From the IMG/VR virus record IMGVR_UViG_3300046323_000587, positions 1 to 64,000 of that record: DNA of 64,000 nt; one strand, given 5' to 3'. The translations under genes were made by a program, and so were the position numbers. Of the stretch, positions 63,266 through 64,000 are shown piece by piece; positions within the stretch are counted from its first letter, which is position 1; each line of letters opens with the position of its first letter. Below the pieces are notes generated by a model, which made no database searches, had not been told where the DNA came from, and worked only from the letters and a program-made list of their open reading frames with translations.

Positions 63266-64000
63266 ATGACAATATTAGAAGAATTGAATAAGTATAAAAA
63301 AGAGAATTTATTTAGTCAAGAGATAATTGAACCAATTTTAAGTAGAACCAACAATGAAATATATCTTAATATCTGTTCTATATTTTCTGTTGTGTTTGGT
63401 TTATCTATTATCACAGTCATTACTGAAAATCAAGAAATAGGGTTTACTGTTGTAGGAATATTTATATTTTTATTATTTATTTTAATTATAAATGAAAAAG
63501 TAAAAGTAAATTATCTTAAAGAATATGGTAAAAATCAATTAACAAAAGATTTAATTGTATCTTTAATTTCTATTGGAATTTCTTTAATTAGTTTGTTTGG
63601 TATTTACGTTAATGTAAATAATTATAATAAGTCTTTAGGTTCTGTAAATCAATTAACACTCAAAGAAGATTCTATGCTAATAAATAAAGTTAATGAAGTA
63701 GAATTAAATAGAAAAACTGTTTTAGAGCGTGTTAATAAAAATAATGAAAGTTATCTAAAAATTAGAAAAGATTACGAAGATCGTAAAAAACAGAATAAAT
63801 TTGAACTTACAGAAGATGATAAAAACATATATAATAAAGCAAATGAAAAATTGCAAGAAGCAATAGATAAAGAAATTAAAAAAATTGATGATAAAATTAT
63901 TGAGTTAAAAAAATCAAATGAATTAAAAAAACAACAGTTAATTCAAAATATTTCAAATAGTTCTAGTAGAACTTTATATGTAGCATTAATCTTTATGGGT
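63266..64000 (+). CDS. partial multi-TM / coiled-coil protein (runs off the window)
   Basis: ATG 63266, three hydrophobic segments then a long K/E-rich helix; no stop before 64000. Confidence 0.75.
   Translation, partial: MTILEELNKYKKENLFSQEIIEPILSRTNNEIYLNICSIFSVVFGLSIITVITENQEIGFTVVGIFIFLLFILIINEKVKVNYLKEYGKNQLTKDLIVSLISIGISLISLFGIYVNVNNYNKSLGSVNQLTLKEDSMLINKVNEVELNRKTVLERVNKNNESYLKIRKDYEDRKKQNKFELTEDDKNIYNKANEKLQEAIDKEIKKIDDKIIELKKSNELKKQQLIQNISNSSSRTLYVALIFMG

Noticed and set aside
1-64000. tRNA, rRNA, CRISPR array, structural or packaging genes
   Set aside because: No cloverleaf or T-loop (GGTTCGAATCC-like) context, no regularly spaced repeats and no capsid, terminase or tail motifs were seen by eye; a tRNAscan/minced run was not possible.

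Overview
Extremely AT-rich (about 20% G+C by eye, not computed), gene-dense window with almost every gene on the + strand and mostly small ORFs. It reads as the early/accessory region of a large dsDNA phage. Three TTG-N19/20-TAnnTTTG promoters and AT-rich leaders without Shine-Dalgarno sites point to a Bacteroidota host. No capsid, terminase, polymerase, rRNA, tRNA or CRISPR array was seen. Recognisable genes: macro domain, AAA+ ATPase, Vsr/EDxHD-type homing endonuclease, YopX, two SF2 helicases, T5orf172/GIY-YIG-like nuclease, RNA ligase, EcoRI-type adenine methyltransferase, DUF4326 and Hsp20. The main unexplained structure is a family of eight intact 300-340 aa genes. Each has a basic N-terminus, one TM helix, an HIxxxH motif and a late [IV]-x-[TS]-[FYM] strand, which suggests a BECR/EndoU-like RNase. 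Each is tightly coupled to 1-5 small downstream genes that form clade-matched paralog families. A ninth copy has an internal deletion. These cassettes cover about 18 kb and look like a phage-borne, membrane-anchored polymorphic toxin/immunity system. A second theme is widespread pseudogenisation of other accessory genes, by in-frame stops (many at Trp positions, consistent with G:C to A:T change) and 1-2 nt frameshifts, while the toxin-like genes stay intact. All family names come from motif recognition; no database search was run.
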